Positions 37,665-49,929 of a stretch of 64,000 nt of DNA are shown here, piece by piece. The notes below the pieces were generated by a model. That model made no database searches. It was not told where the DNA came from and saw only the letters and a program-made list of their open reading frames with translations. Positions within the stretch are counted from its first letter, which is position 1. Every line of letters begins with the position of its first letter. Both the position numbers and the translations under genes were made by a program. The stretch comes from Hemiscyllium ocellatum. Its lineage: Eukaryota. The stretch lies in the NCBI RefSeq assembly GCF_020745735.1, contig NC_083448.1:5764006-5828005 (forward strand). The letters are read 5' to 3'.

Positions 37665-38515
37665 AGAGTTTTGGAGATGAACAGCATGGAAACAGACCCT
37701 ACGGTCCAACCCGTCCATGCCAACCAGATATCCCAACCCAATCTCGTCCCATCTGCCAGCACCTGGCCCTTGTACCTCCAGACCCTTCCTATTCATATCC
37801 CCATCCAAATGCCTCTTAAATGTTGCAATTGTACCAGCCTCCACCACTTCCTCTGACAGCTCATTCCATACACGTACCACCCTCTGTGAAAATGTTGCCC
37901 CTTAGCTTTCTTTTATATCTTTCCCCTCAAGTTTGTTGGACCGTGCGTTGAGTTTAGGAGTTGGAATGTCATGTTGCAGCTGTCTTGTTTAGGCCACTTT
38001 TGGAATGCCGTGTTCCTGCTTAGGAAAGATGTTGCGAAACTTGAAAGGGTTCAGAAAAGATTTACAAGGATGTTGCCAGGGTTGGAGGGTTTGAGCTACA
38101 GGGAGAAGCTGAACAGGCTGGGGTTGTTTTCCCTGGAGCATCGGAGACTGAGGGGTGACCTGATAGAGGTTTATAAAATCATGAGGGAGCATGGATAGGG
38201 TAAATAGCCAAATTCTTTTCCCTGGGCTAAGGGAATCCAAAACGAGATTTAAGGTGAGAGGGGAAGACATAAAAGGGACCTTAGGGGCAATGTTTTCACA
38301 CACAGAGGGTGTGGGTATGGAATGAGCTGCCAGAGGAAGTAGTGGAGTCTGGTACAGTTACAACATTTAAAAGAAATCTGGGTATTTGAGTAGGAAAGGT
38401 TTAGAGGGGTATGGGCCAAGTGCTGGCAAGTGGGACTCGATTAGTTTAGGATATCTGGTCAGCATGGAGGAGTTGGGCCGAAGGGTCTGTTTCTGTGTTG
38501 GACGTCTCTCTGACT
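37665..38515. mobile_element. Two CR1 3' fragments in head-to-head orientation (37665-37928 -, 37948-38515 +)
   Basis: Both carry the WNEL.EEVVE.GT and GPSAG.WD 3' regions, on opposite strands. Confidence 0.85.
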
Positions 38516-38569
38516 GAGAGGGAAAACTTAAAAAGATTGTGAACAGGCTTGACAGAGTTGACAGAAGCC

Positions 38570-40015
38570 TCCAAGCCCTCTGTTTGTTCCTCTCCCAACA
38601 ACCCAACCAGTACCCCTCCACCGACATACTCATTCGATTGGCGGAACTGGTCTTCACCCTCAAAAACGTCTTCAAATCCTCCCGCTTCCTTCAGACCAAA
38701 GGGGTAGCCTTAGGCATCTGTGTGGGCCCTAGCTATGCCTGCTCTTCATCGGATAACTGGAACAGTCCATTTTCTGCAGTTACACTGGCACCATCCCCGA
38801 CCTTTTCTTCCTCTACATTGACGAGTATATCAGCGCCACCTCGTTCTCTCATGAGGAGGTTGAACAGTTCATCAACTTCACTAACACTTTGCACCCTGAC
38901 CTTAAGTTCACCTGGACCATCTCAGGCACCCCCCACCCCTTCCGACTCCACGTCCAGCAACTGATTCAACCCAAACATATATTTCAAACCCCCTCCGACT
39001 CCCACTGTTACCTGGACTCCACCTCCCCTCCTGTAAAAACGCTGTCCCTTACTCCCAATTCCTCCACTTCCACTGCATCTGGTCTCAGGAGGAGCAGTAC
39101 CACTCCAGGACACCCTTTCTGGCCTCCTATTTCAAGGACCACAATTTCCCATCCCATTTGATCAATAATGCCCTCCAGTGCACCTCCGCCCTTGAACCCC
39201 ACCCCCCCCAACCACAACAAGGACAGAACCCCACCCCCGATCCTCACCTTCCACCCCACTAATCTGCAGATGCAGTGCATTCAGACCCCACCACCAGAGA
39301 TAGATTTCCCTTCCCATCCCTGTGTGCGTTCCATGATTCCCTCGTTAGGCCCACCCGCACCCCCATCAACCCACCCTCCACACCTCTGTCCCAGGCTCCA
39401 AAGGATCTTTTCACATTTGGCAGAGATTTTCCTGCACCTCCAAACCCCTCATCTACTGTGTCCGTTGCTCCCGATGTGGTCTCCTCCACATCGGGGAGGC
39501 AGGCCGCCAACTCGCAGTGCACCTCCGGGAACATCTCTGGGACACACACGCACCAAACAACCCTGCCGCCCTGTGGCCGACCACTTCAACTCCCCCTCCC
39601 CCTTCGGCAAGGCCATGCAAGTCCTGGGCCGCCTCCACTGTCAAATCCAAGCCACCTGACAACTGGAGGAAGAATACCTCATCTTCTGCCTTGGGACCCT
39701 CCAACCATAAGGCATCAGCATCGATTTCACGAGTTTCCTCATCGCCTCTTCCCCCAACTCATTCTGGATCCAGTTCGGCATTGCCCTCTTGACCTCTCCT
39801 ACCTGTCCATCTTCCTTCCTCTTATCCACTCCACCTTCCCTACCGACCTGTCACAATCACTCCCCACTTGCATCTACCTTCCCACCTCCCACCCCCTTCA
39901 CATGCTTGATGAAGGGCCAAAACGTCGACTCTCCTGCTCCTCGGATGCTGCCTGACCTGCTGCGCTTTCCCAGCGGCACACTTTACAGCTGTGATCTGCA
40001 GTCCTCACTTTCTCC
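38570..40015 (+). mobile_element. Decayed Penelope-like element (RT plus GIY-YIG plus pLTR)
   Basis: QTKGVALG..GPSYAC, YIDE, LKFTW and PVADHFNSPS..MQVLG motifs; pLTR tail. Confidence 0.85.
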
Positions 40016-41262
40016 GAGAGTGAGATGTCCAATATGGAGAATTTGGAGAAGGGTCCGATGGATGAGGACGAATTTCTTCACTCGGAGGCGGCGATTCTTT
40101 GGTCTTTTTCAGTGGGTTGTGGACACTCCACCGTTGAACGAAGTATCTGGAGAAACTCAGCATCTGTGAATAAAAAATCAAGTTAAACTTTCGAGCCCAG
40201 TCACCCTTCTTGGTTTGGTCCAGGTTCCGGCATCTGCAGTTCTTTGTTTTACTTGCGTGGATTTTTTTTTGGATTCTCTCAGGGGAGTGGGGAATATATG
40301 GAGAGGACAGGAAGGTGGAGTGGATGCCCAACACCAGCCACGACGCATTGAATGATGCAGCAGCCTTGACGGGCCAAACAGTTGTCATTTTCCCCCTGTT
40401 TCTTCCGTCAGCTTGCTTTACAATGTGTTTTGCACACAAACAGAAATTGCTGGAGAAACTCAGCAGGTCTGGCAGCATCCGTGGAAAGGGAGCAGGGTTC
40501 ATTTTCCGAGTTGAAAATGTGTTGCTTTAGCCCTTCATCAGGAATGAGGAGAGGGTGGCAGGCAGGTTAAGATAAAAGGTAGGGAGGAGGGACTTGGGGG
40601 AGGGGCGATGGAGATGTGATAGGTGGAAGGAGGTCAAGGTGAGAGTGATAGGCCGGAGTGGGGTGGGGGCGAAGAGGGCAGGAAGAAGATTGCAGGTTAG
40701 GAGCTGAGTGACTCTCCTTCGGCAGTGAAGGCGCCATTCTGAAGAAGAGGCCACTGGACGCGACAGGTTAGCTCTGCCTTCTCTTCACAAATGCTGCCAA
40801 TCCCCAACTGCTCTTGAACGGAGTGGCCCTGGGGCCATTTCTGTGGGCAGCCGAGAATCAGCCACGCCCGCTGTGACTCTGGGTTCACATGGACCAGGCG
40901 AGGATGGCCGATTTCCTTCCCTGAGGGACACTGGTGAGAACCGGGTAGGTTTTTAACAACAGTTAGTGATTATCCCGTGGCCACCATGGCAATCAAAATC
41001 CGTATTTTATTCACTACATTTAAATTCCACAAGCTGCCAGGGTGGGACTCGAACCTGTGTTCGTCCGGTCAGTCTGGACCAGTGACATGACCGTCTGCCA
41101 CTGCCTGTCCCAAATTTCTGAACGTAGAAGGCTGTGAAGGTCAGGCTTGCACCCCTGAAAGCGGCTAGAGTAGAAACTATAATTCACCGAGGAAGCCGTG
41201 TCGGTGAAATAAGCATCATGGCGTCTGACACCATTTCTCTCGTTCTCCCTCCCCCGACGTAG

Positions 41263-41366
41263 GTATCTGGTCAGCAGCCAGTAGTGGCGACTTCAACAGA
41301 GTCCAGAAGTTTCTGGAGAAGGGGACGGACCCCAGTTTGCCTGACCTGTCGGGCTACACTGCTTTG
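41263..41366 (+). CDS. ANKRD39: ANKRD39 coding exon 2 ([35 protein letters not shown])
   Basis: CGTAG acceptor, TTG|GTGAGT donor, 104 nt. Ankyrin repeat matching human GIWSAALNGD...GYTAL. Confidence 0.95.
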
Positions 41367-42390
41367 GTGAGTGATGCTTGAGCTCTTTCGAGCGCTCTCA
41401 GTCACAGGCTGCGTGCTGAGAACTCAAATTCAGGGGTTAAGGGTCAGTTCAGCCAAGGGGGAAGCCTTGGACAGCCACTGGGGAGGGGAAATGATTTGGG
41501 TCACGGAGGGTGTGTTCCAAGTTGGGGAGAATGCCAGGCGGGATCACTGTCGCATCTTTCTAAGTTCAGATGAGGTCGAGAGAGTCATGTGGGGAAAAGG
41601 CTGTTCAGCCCATCATGTCCACATCTGTCGGTTCTAATCCCATTTCTCAGCACTTGCTCTGTAGCTTTGTACTGTCTGGTGTTTGAACTGCTCGTCTAAA
41701 TTCTTCTTCAGGGTTCCCACCCTCTGCCACCTTTTCAGACAGAGAATCGCACATACCCACCACCCACTAATGGAACAAATATTGCTTCAAATCCCCTCGT
41801 GCTCTTCACCTTTAAAACTGTGCCCCCGCCCCTGCCTGCCCAGTTAATTGACCCCTCTGTAAAGGGGGAATATCTGTGCCCCTCATAACTTTGTACACCT
41901 CAATCAGGTCCTCCCTCACCCATCTCTGCTTGAAGGCAGACAACCCAGCCTCGCTCATCTGTTGCCATCGCTTCAGCCCAGGCAACGTCCTGGGTGAATC
42001 TCCTCTGCGCTCTCACCAGGACAAATCGCGTCCTTCCTACACTGTCGTGACAAGATCTGCACCCAGTCCTCCAGCTGTGGCCTCACTCATGCCTTTTCCA
42101 GCTCCATCCTAAACTCCCTGCCCTTGTATTCAATCCCTCACCAAAACAAGGCAAGTGTCCCACTCATAGCTTGTTCCCCATGTCCTGTCGCTTGCTGGAA
42201 CCCCAGCAGTTTGGAACGTCACCGTTTACTCTGCAGGGGGGGGGGGCTGGAATCACTGTTTTGGATCATTTTATTTCCAGTGCTTCCTGCTCTGATGAAA
42301 GCACTCTGGGGCCCAGGGTGATGTACTTGAAGCAGCCACAGGGTGGAATGCAAGAGCAGTCTGTCTGCACTCAGTGCTTGGTCTCCTGCA

Positions 42391-43683
42391 GTGAGGACTG
42401 CAGATGCTGGAGGACCAGAGTTGAAAACACAGCAGGTCAGGCAGCATCCGAGGTGCAGGAGAATCGACGTTTCTGGTCTAAGCCCTTCTTCAGGAATGAG
42501 GCTGGTGTGCCAAGCGGGCTGAGAAAAAAAGGTAGGGGGGGAGGGATTTGGGGGAGGGGCGCTGGGAATACGATAGGTGGAAGGAGGTTAAGGTGAGGGT
42601 GAAAGGCCGGAGAGGGGCTGGTGGGTGGAGAGGTCAGGAAGAAGATTGCAGGTCAAGAGAGGGGTGCTGAATCTGGGGGCTGGGACTGAGATAAGGTGGG
42701 GGGAGGGGAAATGAGGAAGCTGGAGAAATATACATACAGAATATATACACCATGACAGAACCCCACTGGTCCTCACCTACCACCCCACCAACCTGCGGAT
42801 ACATTGTATCATTCTACGTCTTTTCCGCCACTTCCAAACGGACCCCACCACCAGGGATATATTTCCCTCCCCACCCCTATCAGCATTCCAGAGAGACCAC
42901 TCCCTCTACGACTCCCTTGTCAGGTCCACACCTCCCACCGACCCAACCTCCACTCCCGGCACCTTCCCCTGCAACCGCAAGAAGTGCAAAACTTGCGCCC
43001 ACACCTCCCCCCTCAGGTCTCTCCAAGTCCCCAATGGATCCTTCTATATCCATCGCTAATTCACCTGCACTTCCACACACATCATTTACTGTATCCGCTG
43101 CACCCGATGTGGTCTCCTCTACATTGGGGAGACAGGCCGCCTACTTGCGGAACGTTTCAGGGAACACCTCTGGGACACCCGGACCAACCAACCCAACCGC
43201 CCCGTGGCTGAACACTTTAACTCCCCCTCCCACTCCGCAAGGACATGCAGGTCCTTGGCCTCCTCCATCGCCAGACCATGGCCACACGACGCCTGGAGGA
43301 AGAGCGCCTCATCTTCCACCTCGGAACCCTCCAACCACACGGGATGAATGTAGATTTCTCCAGCTTCCTCATTTCCCCTCCCCCCACTTATCTCAGTCCC
43401 AAATCCTGGATTCAGCACCGCCCTCTTGACCTGCAATCTTCTTCCTGACATCTCTGCCTTCACCCCCTCTCTGGCCTATAACCCTCACCCTCACCTCCTT
43501 TCACCTATCGTATTCCCAACGCCCCTCCCCCAAATTCCCTCCCCCTCCTACCTTTTATCTCAGCCCGCTTGGCACACCAGCCTCATTCCTGAAGAAGGGC
43601 TGATGCCCGAAACGTCGATTCTCCTGCTCCTCGGATGCTGCCTGGCCTGCTGTGTTTTTCCAGCACCACATTTTTCAACTCCT
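42391..43683 (+). mobile_element. Penelope-like element 3' portion (GIY-YIG endonuclease) with an inverted pLTR at the 5' side
   Basis: CTSTHIIYCIRCTRCGLLYIGETGR...EHFNSPSH...RRLEEERLIFHLGTLQPHGMN. The 3' part of 42391-42725 is the reverse complement of ~43355-43660. Confidence 0.92.
43585..43620 (+). ncRNA. Minimal type-I hammerhead ribozyme motif in the PLE pLTR
   Basis: ATTC-CTGAAGA-A-GGGC-TGAT-GCCC-GAAAC-GTC-GATT. Confidence 0.65.
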
Positions 43684-44149
43684 CCAGTGAGTGCTGGGCA
43701 GCTTGAGAAGGTTATTTTCCTTTGGACTGACAAATTTATTACAGAGCCATTCACTACAAAAGCAAAGGAGGCACGATAAGCATTTATGGTTCAGTCCCAC
43801 TTACAGGACCGTGTTCGTTTCTGGGCACAGACGTTTTCTACATTTACAGGATATGGATATCTCTAGCAAGACGAACATGTGCTGACCATCCCTACTTGCC
43901 CTTGAGCTAACTGCACAATTTCATGCTCATCCAAGCGGAGATCTTAATTAAAATTTCGATGAAATTCCATCAGCTACCGTGGAGTGCCATTCAAGATTGC
44001 AAATCTTTCTGTTGTCGGTTTTAAGTTAATTTGAATGGAATCCCTACAATGTGGAAGCAGGCCATTTGGCCCATCGTGCCCACACCACTCATCCAAAGAG
44101 CATTCCACCCCGACAGTACCTCTGCATTTCACTTGGCTAATCCACCCGA

Positions 44150-44960
44150 ACCTGCCTATCCCTGGATACTCTGGGTAACTTAGCATGGCCAATCCACCCT
44201 CACCTGCTGCATCTTTGGAAACCAGAGCACCCAGAGGAAACCCACACAGACACAGGGAGAGTGTGCAAACCCCACACAGTCGCCCGAAGGTGGAATCGAA
44301 CCCCGGTCCCTGGTGCTGTGAAGCAGCACTGCTAAGTAACCAAAACTTCAAAATAGAAAATCAGAATACAAAGGACAACCGAATCAAGGTTTAAAATTTA
44401 CGGTTGTTTGAATTGTAACATTTCTATTAGGTGCCACATAACTGGTAACCCAATGGTCCACTTTTCTGGGCAGTAGACACAAAATGAATGAGAGTCATAG
44501 AGATGTACAGCATGGAAACAGACCCTTCGGTCCAACCCTCTATGACTCTAATTCATTTTATGTCTATTGTGTTCATTTTAGCCATTACCCAGAAAAGTGG
44601 ACCATTGGGTTACCAGTTATGTGGCATCTAATAGAAGTGTTACTTTTCAAACAGCCTTAAATTTTAAACCTTGATTAGGTTGTCCTTTCTATTCTGACTT
44701 TCTATTTTGAAGTTTTGGTTACTTAGCAGTGCTGCCTCACAGCGCCAGGGTCCCGGGTTCGATTCCACCTTCGGGCGACTGTGTGGAGTTCGCACACTCT
44801 CCCCGTGTCTGTGTGGGTTTCCTCCAGGTGTTCCGATTTCCTCCCACAGTCCAAAGGTGTGCAGGTCAGGGCGGATTGGCCATGGGAAATTGCCCATAGT
44901 GCTCAGGGATGTGCAGGTTAGGATGGATTGGCCGTGGGAAATTGTCCATAGTGTTCAGGG
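44150..44960. repeat. Long inverted duplication (HE1 plus ~135 bp AT-rich segment) around a CR1 tail
   Basis: 44336-44470 is the near-perfect reverse complement of 44588-44723, and the flanking HE1 copies are inverted. Confidence 0.92.
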
Positions 44961-45164
44961 ATAGACAATAGACTATAGGTGCAGGAGTAGGCCATTCTGC
45001 CCTTCGAGCCAGCACCACCATTCATTATGGTCATGGCTGATCATCCTCAATCAGTATCCTGTTCCTGCCTTATCCCCATAACCCTTGATTCCACTATCCT
45101 TAAGAGCTCTGTAAACAGTAGTTTATGTGTGGAATGAACTTCCTAGGAAGTGGTGGATGCAGAA

Positions 45165-46228
45165 GTGCAGGTTAGGGTGGATTGGCCATGCTACATTACC
45201 CATAGTGCTCAGGGATGCGCAGGTTAGGGTGGATTGGCCATGCTAAATTACCCATAGTGCTCAGGGATGTGCAGGTTAGGGTGGATTGGCCATGCTAAAT
45301 TACCCATAGTGCTCAGGGATGTGCAGGTTAGGGTGGATTGGCCATGCTAAATTACCCATAGTGCTCAGGGATGTGCAGGTTAGGGTGGATTGGCCATGCT
45401 ATATTACCCATAGTGCTCAGGGATGTCCAGGTTAGGGTGGATTGGCCGTGCTACATTACCCTTAGTGTTCAGGGATGTGCAGGTTAGGGTGGATTGGCCG
45501 TGCTAAATTGCCCCATAGTGTTCAGGGATGTGCAGGTTAGGATGGATTGGCCATGCTAAATTACCCATAGTGTGCAGGGATGTGCAGGTTAGGGTGGATT
45601 GGCCATGCTAAATTACCCATAGTGCTCAGGGATGTGCAGGTTAGGGTGGATTGGCCATGCTAAATTGCCCCATAGTGCTCAGGGATGTGCAGGTTAGGGT
45701 GGATTGGCCGTGCTATATTACCCATAGTGTTGAGGGATGTCCAGGTTAGAGTGGATTGGCCGTGCTAAATTGCCCCACAGTGTTCAGGGATGTGCAGGTT
45801 AGGATGGATTGGCCGTGCTAAATTACCCCATAGTGTTCAGGGATGTGCAGGTTAGGATGGATTGGCCGTGCTACATTACCCATAGTGTTCAGGGATGTGC
45901 AGGTTAGGGTGGATTGGCCGTGCTAAATTGCCCCATAGTGTTCAGGGATGTGCAGGTTAGGATGGATTGGCCATGCTAAATTACCCATTGTATTCAGGGA
46001 TGTGCAGGTTACGGTGGATTGGCCATGCTAAATTACCCATAGTGCTCAGGGATGTGCAGGTTAAGGTGGATTGGCCGTGCTAAATTACCCATAGTGTTCA
46101 AGGATGTGTAGGTTAGGATGGATTGGCCATGCTAAATTACCCATAGTGCCCAGGGATATGCAGGTTAGGATGGATTGGCCATGCTAAATTACCCATAGTG
46201 CTCAGGGATGTGCAGATCAGGGTGGATT
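45165..46228 (+). repeat. ~20 x 52-bp minisatellite derived from the HE1 SINE core
   Basis: Unit GTGCAGGTTAGGGTGGATTGGCCATGCTAAATTACCCATAGTGCTCAGGGAT; period 52 (e.g. 45241 and 45293). Confidence 0.97.
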
Positions 46229-46624
46229 CTTTTGTCTTACCCTATCCTTAATTTGAATCCCATTTATATGCAAGACAAACTTTAACAGATACCAAATGGG
46301 GTAGAGTTCTTTGTTTTTCATTTAGAATGGAGAGTTTGAGTTATAAGGAGAGGCAAGATAGATTGGGACGCTTTTTTATTGGACTGTAGGAGTGACCTCA
46401 TAGAGATCTATAAAATCGTGAGGAGTATAGATAAAGTGAAAGGCAGGTGTCTTTGCCCCATGGGACCAATTGGATCAGCCCTTCAAAGGGCTGTGACAGG
46501 TACAATGAGCCGAAAGGCCTTCTGTGTGGGATGTTTTGTTGAAAAACACAAGAGAGGGTCTCAGGATCAGTCTGAGGATCAGGTTTGATCGTCACCGAAC
46601 AGTTACTGTCATCTATTTCTCCAG

Positions 46625-46828
46625 CACTACGCCAGTCGCCGTGGTGATTACGAGATCTGCGAGTACTTGCTGAGGAAGGGAGCAGACAGCAACGTTCAGA
46701 CCAAAGGAGGGGTGACTCCGCTTCACAGAGCAGCCTACTGTGGCCATCTCTCTGTTCTCCAGTTGTTACTGACCTATGGAGCGATCCCTGCACTCACAGA
46801 CGATGATGGTGCGACTCCTTTACACAAG
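46625..46828 (+). CDS. ANKRD39: ANKRD39 coding exon 3 (HYASRRGDYEICEYLL...GGVTPLHRAAYCGH...DDDGATPLHK)
   Basis: CCAG acceptor, AAG|GTAGTG donor, 204 nt. Two TPLH ankyrin motifs. Confidence 0.95.
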
Positions 46829-47715
46829 GTAGTGTAACACTCTCAGCACGCTTCCGACTGCCCCTTCCCTGAAAGAACACGCTTACTATTTCTGCTGACA
46901 CTTAAATCCAGAGAACAGCACAGCACAGTACAGGCCCTTCGGCCCTCAATGTTGTGCTGACCTTTTATCCTACTCTAAGATCAAACTAACCTACGTCATC
47001 CATGTGCCTATCCAACAGTAGCTTAATTGTCCATAATGTATCTGACTGTACTCCCACTGCTGGCAGTGCATTTCACACACCCAGCACACTCTGTGTGAAG
47101 AGGTTAACTCCCCCAAAACCTTCCATGTTTTAGTTTATTCCCTTTGCTGACACATTTCACTTTATGACCATTTGGTGGCGCAATACACGCCTCCCAAAGT
47201 GACACAGTCCTCTCAGCTCAACAACAACCTGCATCTACGCAGCGCTGCCGACAGAGTAACTGAACCAGATAGGACCCTGACCCACAAGGGGCAAGGCTGG
47301 GACGCATGACCAAAAGATCAGAGAAGTGTACGTTTTATCACACACCTCCGCAGTGGGGAAAGAGGTGGGCAGCTTCAGGAGGGATGTCCAGAATAACGTA
47401 CGTCACCCTCTGCTGAGGGTCGAGTGACTCAAATCAGGGGCTGTGCCAGAGGTCAGATTTAAAAGGGCGCAGATCGATTTGGCCCTGGGCAATTTACTCA
47501 CCAAAGCAACACCACTGAAAAGTAAATAAGAGATAACCTGAATATTATTCCTCCATCGTTTGGGGGAGCAGATTGGCTCCTGCATCTCCTACACGGCAAC
47601 AGCGATGACTCTGCAGATGACCTTGGTTGACTGGAAATCACCTTTTGATGGTCCTGGGGTCACGGAAGGTACGACAGAGATGCAGATTTTTGCCTTGACA
47701 GCAGCAAGAAGCTGT

Positions 47716-48490
47716 GTTAAAGCAACAAAGCCTTAGCAGGACGTCGACACTTAATGGTCAGGTCCTAGGGAGTGTTGCTGAACAAAGGGACCTTGGAATG
47801 CAGTTTCATAGTTCCTTGAAAGTGGAGTCGCAGGTAGATAGGATAGTGGTGTTTGGTATGCTTTCCTTTATTGGTCAGAGTATTGAGCACAGGAGTTGGG
47901 AGGTCATGTTGCGGCTGTACAGGATATCGGTTAGGCCATTGTTGGAATATTGCTTGCAATTCTGGTCTCCTTCCTATCGGAAAGATGTTGTGAAACTTGA
48001 AAGGGTTCAGAAAAGATTTACAAGGATGTTGCCAGGGTTGGAAGATCTGAGCTACAGGGAGAGGCTGAACAGGCTGAGGCTGTTTTTCCTGGAGCGTCGG
48101 AGGCTGAGGGGGTGACCTTATAGAGGTTTATAAAATCATGAGGGACATGGATAGGATAAATAGACAAAGTCTTTCCCCTGGGGTGGGGGAGTCCAGAACT
48201 AGAGGGGCATAGGTTTAGGGTGAGAGGAGAAAGATACAAAAGAGACCTAAGGGGCAACTTTTTCACGCAGAGGGTGGTACGTGTGTGGAATGGGCTGCCA
48301 GAGGAAGTGGTGGAGGCTGGTACAGTGCAGCATTTAAGAGGCATTGGGTGGGTATATAAATAGGAAGGGTTTGGAGGGATATGGGCCGGGCGCTGACAGG
48401 TGGGACTAGATTGGGTTGGGATATCTGGGTCAGCATGGACGGGTTGGACCGAAGGGTCTGTTTCCATCCTCTACATCTCTATGACTCTAA
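47716..48490 (+). mobile_element. CR1/HER1 LINE 3' fragment
   Basis: RPLLEYCLQFWSPSYRKDVVKLERVQKRFTRMLPGL; CTATGACTCT tail. Confidence 0.92.
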
Positions 48491-48702
48491 TCTGAATGGC
48501 TGCCACTTTTGTCCCACGTGTCGATAGGTTTTAGGGAGGCGAAGACCAGGAGGGTCGCCATGCCAAATTGTGATATTTGCTTTGCAAGTGTGTGATTTGC
48601 ACCCCTCCCCCGCCCTGGCCTGCATCCCCTGACTGTCACAGATTTTCACCCCCCTCGCCCCACTGTGCTCCACCCTTCTGATGGGTGTCTTTTGTCCATC
48701 AG

Positions 48703-48858
48703 GCTGCAGAAGGGGGTCACCAGGAGGTGTGCAAGGTTTTACTGCAGCAGAATCCAGCCTTGAGGACGGTGCGGGACAGGCGCTCCAGAACTCCCCATGA
48801 CCTAGTCACGGACCAGCCGGAATTGAAGGAGTGGCTGCGGCCCGGGACATCGACGTGA
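48703..48858 (+). CDS. ANKRD39: ANKRD39 last coding exon (AAEGGHQEVCKVLLQQNPALRTVRDRR...PGTST*)
   Basis: CATCAG acceptor, TGA at 48856-48858. The spliced CDS is 567 nt (188 aa). Confidence 0.93.
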   Translation, partial: AAEGGHQEVCKVLLQQNPALRTVRDRRSRTPHDLVTDQPELKEWLRPGTST

Positions 48859-49476
48859 TACCTGCTTTCCCGGGCTTGCTGTGCTGGCGGCACTGTCCTG
48901 CCAGTGGGGCGTTTTCAACACTGGCCTTGGCTCCTTAAGTCACGACAGCACATGCCTGCACCGGTCCAGTGACTCGAGTTGTGTCAGCGTACATGTGCAG
49001 TCCTCCACTTGCGGCCATCTGATGGAGACCAGGATTTTCTTGTCTCGTTGTTTACTCATTGCGGCGGCAATGCAGACCCAAATCAGGCACCACTTCACTC
49101 CATACTGCTGAAACACACTGATCGTTGAAGATATTAAAATGTCCAAACTGACGAGCTGTTATCCATAACTTGTTTCTTCCTGTTTCAATGTGGCAGTCCC
49201 CATTACACGTCATCGTCTTGTCAGTTGATGGTGGCTGGACAGGCCAAGAAGCTGGGTTGTGAAGCACATGGGGATCCTGGGTTTCGTAAATGAAGTTATG
49301 CTGCACCGTTATAAAGGTCCAGAGGGTCCTTCAGAGCAGATATAGCAGAATGGTTTAATGATGTAAAAGTTGTGTAAAGTGTTTGTTAAGGAGAAAGACA
49401 TCTGGGGGAGCTCTTGGCAATGCAAACTTTTCAAATGGGAAAAAGACGACAAGGAACAGATTCTGAGGGAATGGTA

Positions 49477-49488
49477 AATAAAAATAAA
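49477..49488 (+). terminator. Candidate ANKRD39 polyadenylation signals (tandem AATAAA)
   Basis: AATAAAAATAAA ~620 nt after the stop codon, abutting a CR1 insertion. Confidence 0.45.
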
Positions 49489-49830
49489 TAGACAATAGGT
49501 GTAGGAGTCGGCCATTCAGCCCTTCGAGCCTGCAACGCCATTCAATATGATCATGGCTGATCATTCCTAATCAGTATCCTGTTCCTGCCTTATCTCCATA
49601 ACCCTTGATTCCACTATCCTTGAGAGCTCTATCCAACTCTTTCTTAATGAATCCAGAGACTGGGCCTCCACTGCCCTCTGGGGCAGAGCATTCCACACAG
49701 CCACCACTCTCTGAGTGAAGAAGTTTCTCCTCATCTCTGTCCTAAATGGCCTACCCCGTATTTTTAAGCTGTGTCCTCTGGTTCGGCACTCACCCAGCAG
49801 CAGAAACGCGTTCAAGGTGGACAGAATGGA
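49489..49830 (-). mobile_element. Second CR1 subfamily 3' fragment (also 44962-45110 and 51752-52095)
   Basis: RTRGHSLKIRGRPFRTEMRRNFFTQRVVAVWNALPQRAVEAQS on the minus strand. Confidence 0.88.
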
Positions 49831-49929
49831 TGAAAAGAACGTTTCCTGCTGCCAGAGTATCCGATCCTTTCAAAATCTTATCTGTCTCACTCAAATCCCC
49901 TCTCAGTCTTCTAAACTCAAGGGTATACC

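Noticed and set aside
45165-46228. CRISPR-like array or telomeric repeat
   Set aside because: Contiguous tandem units without unique spacers, derived from the HE1 SINE; only one TTAGGG per unit; eukaryotic context.
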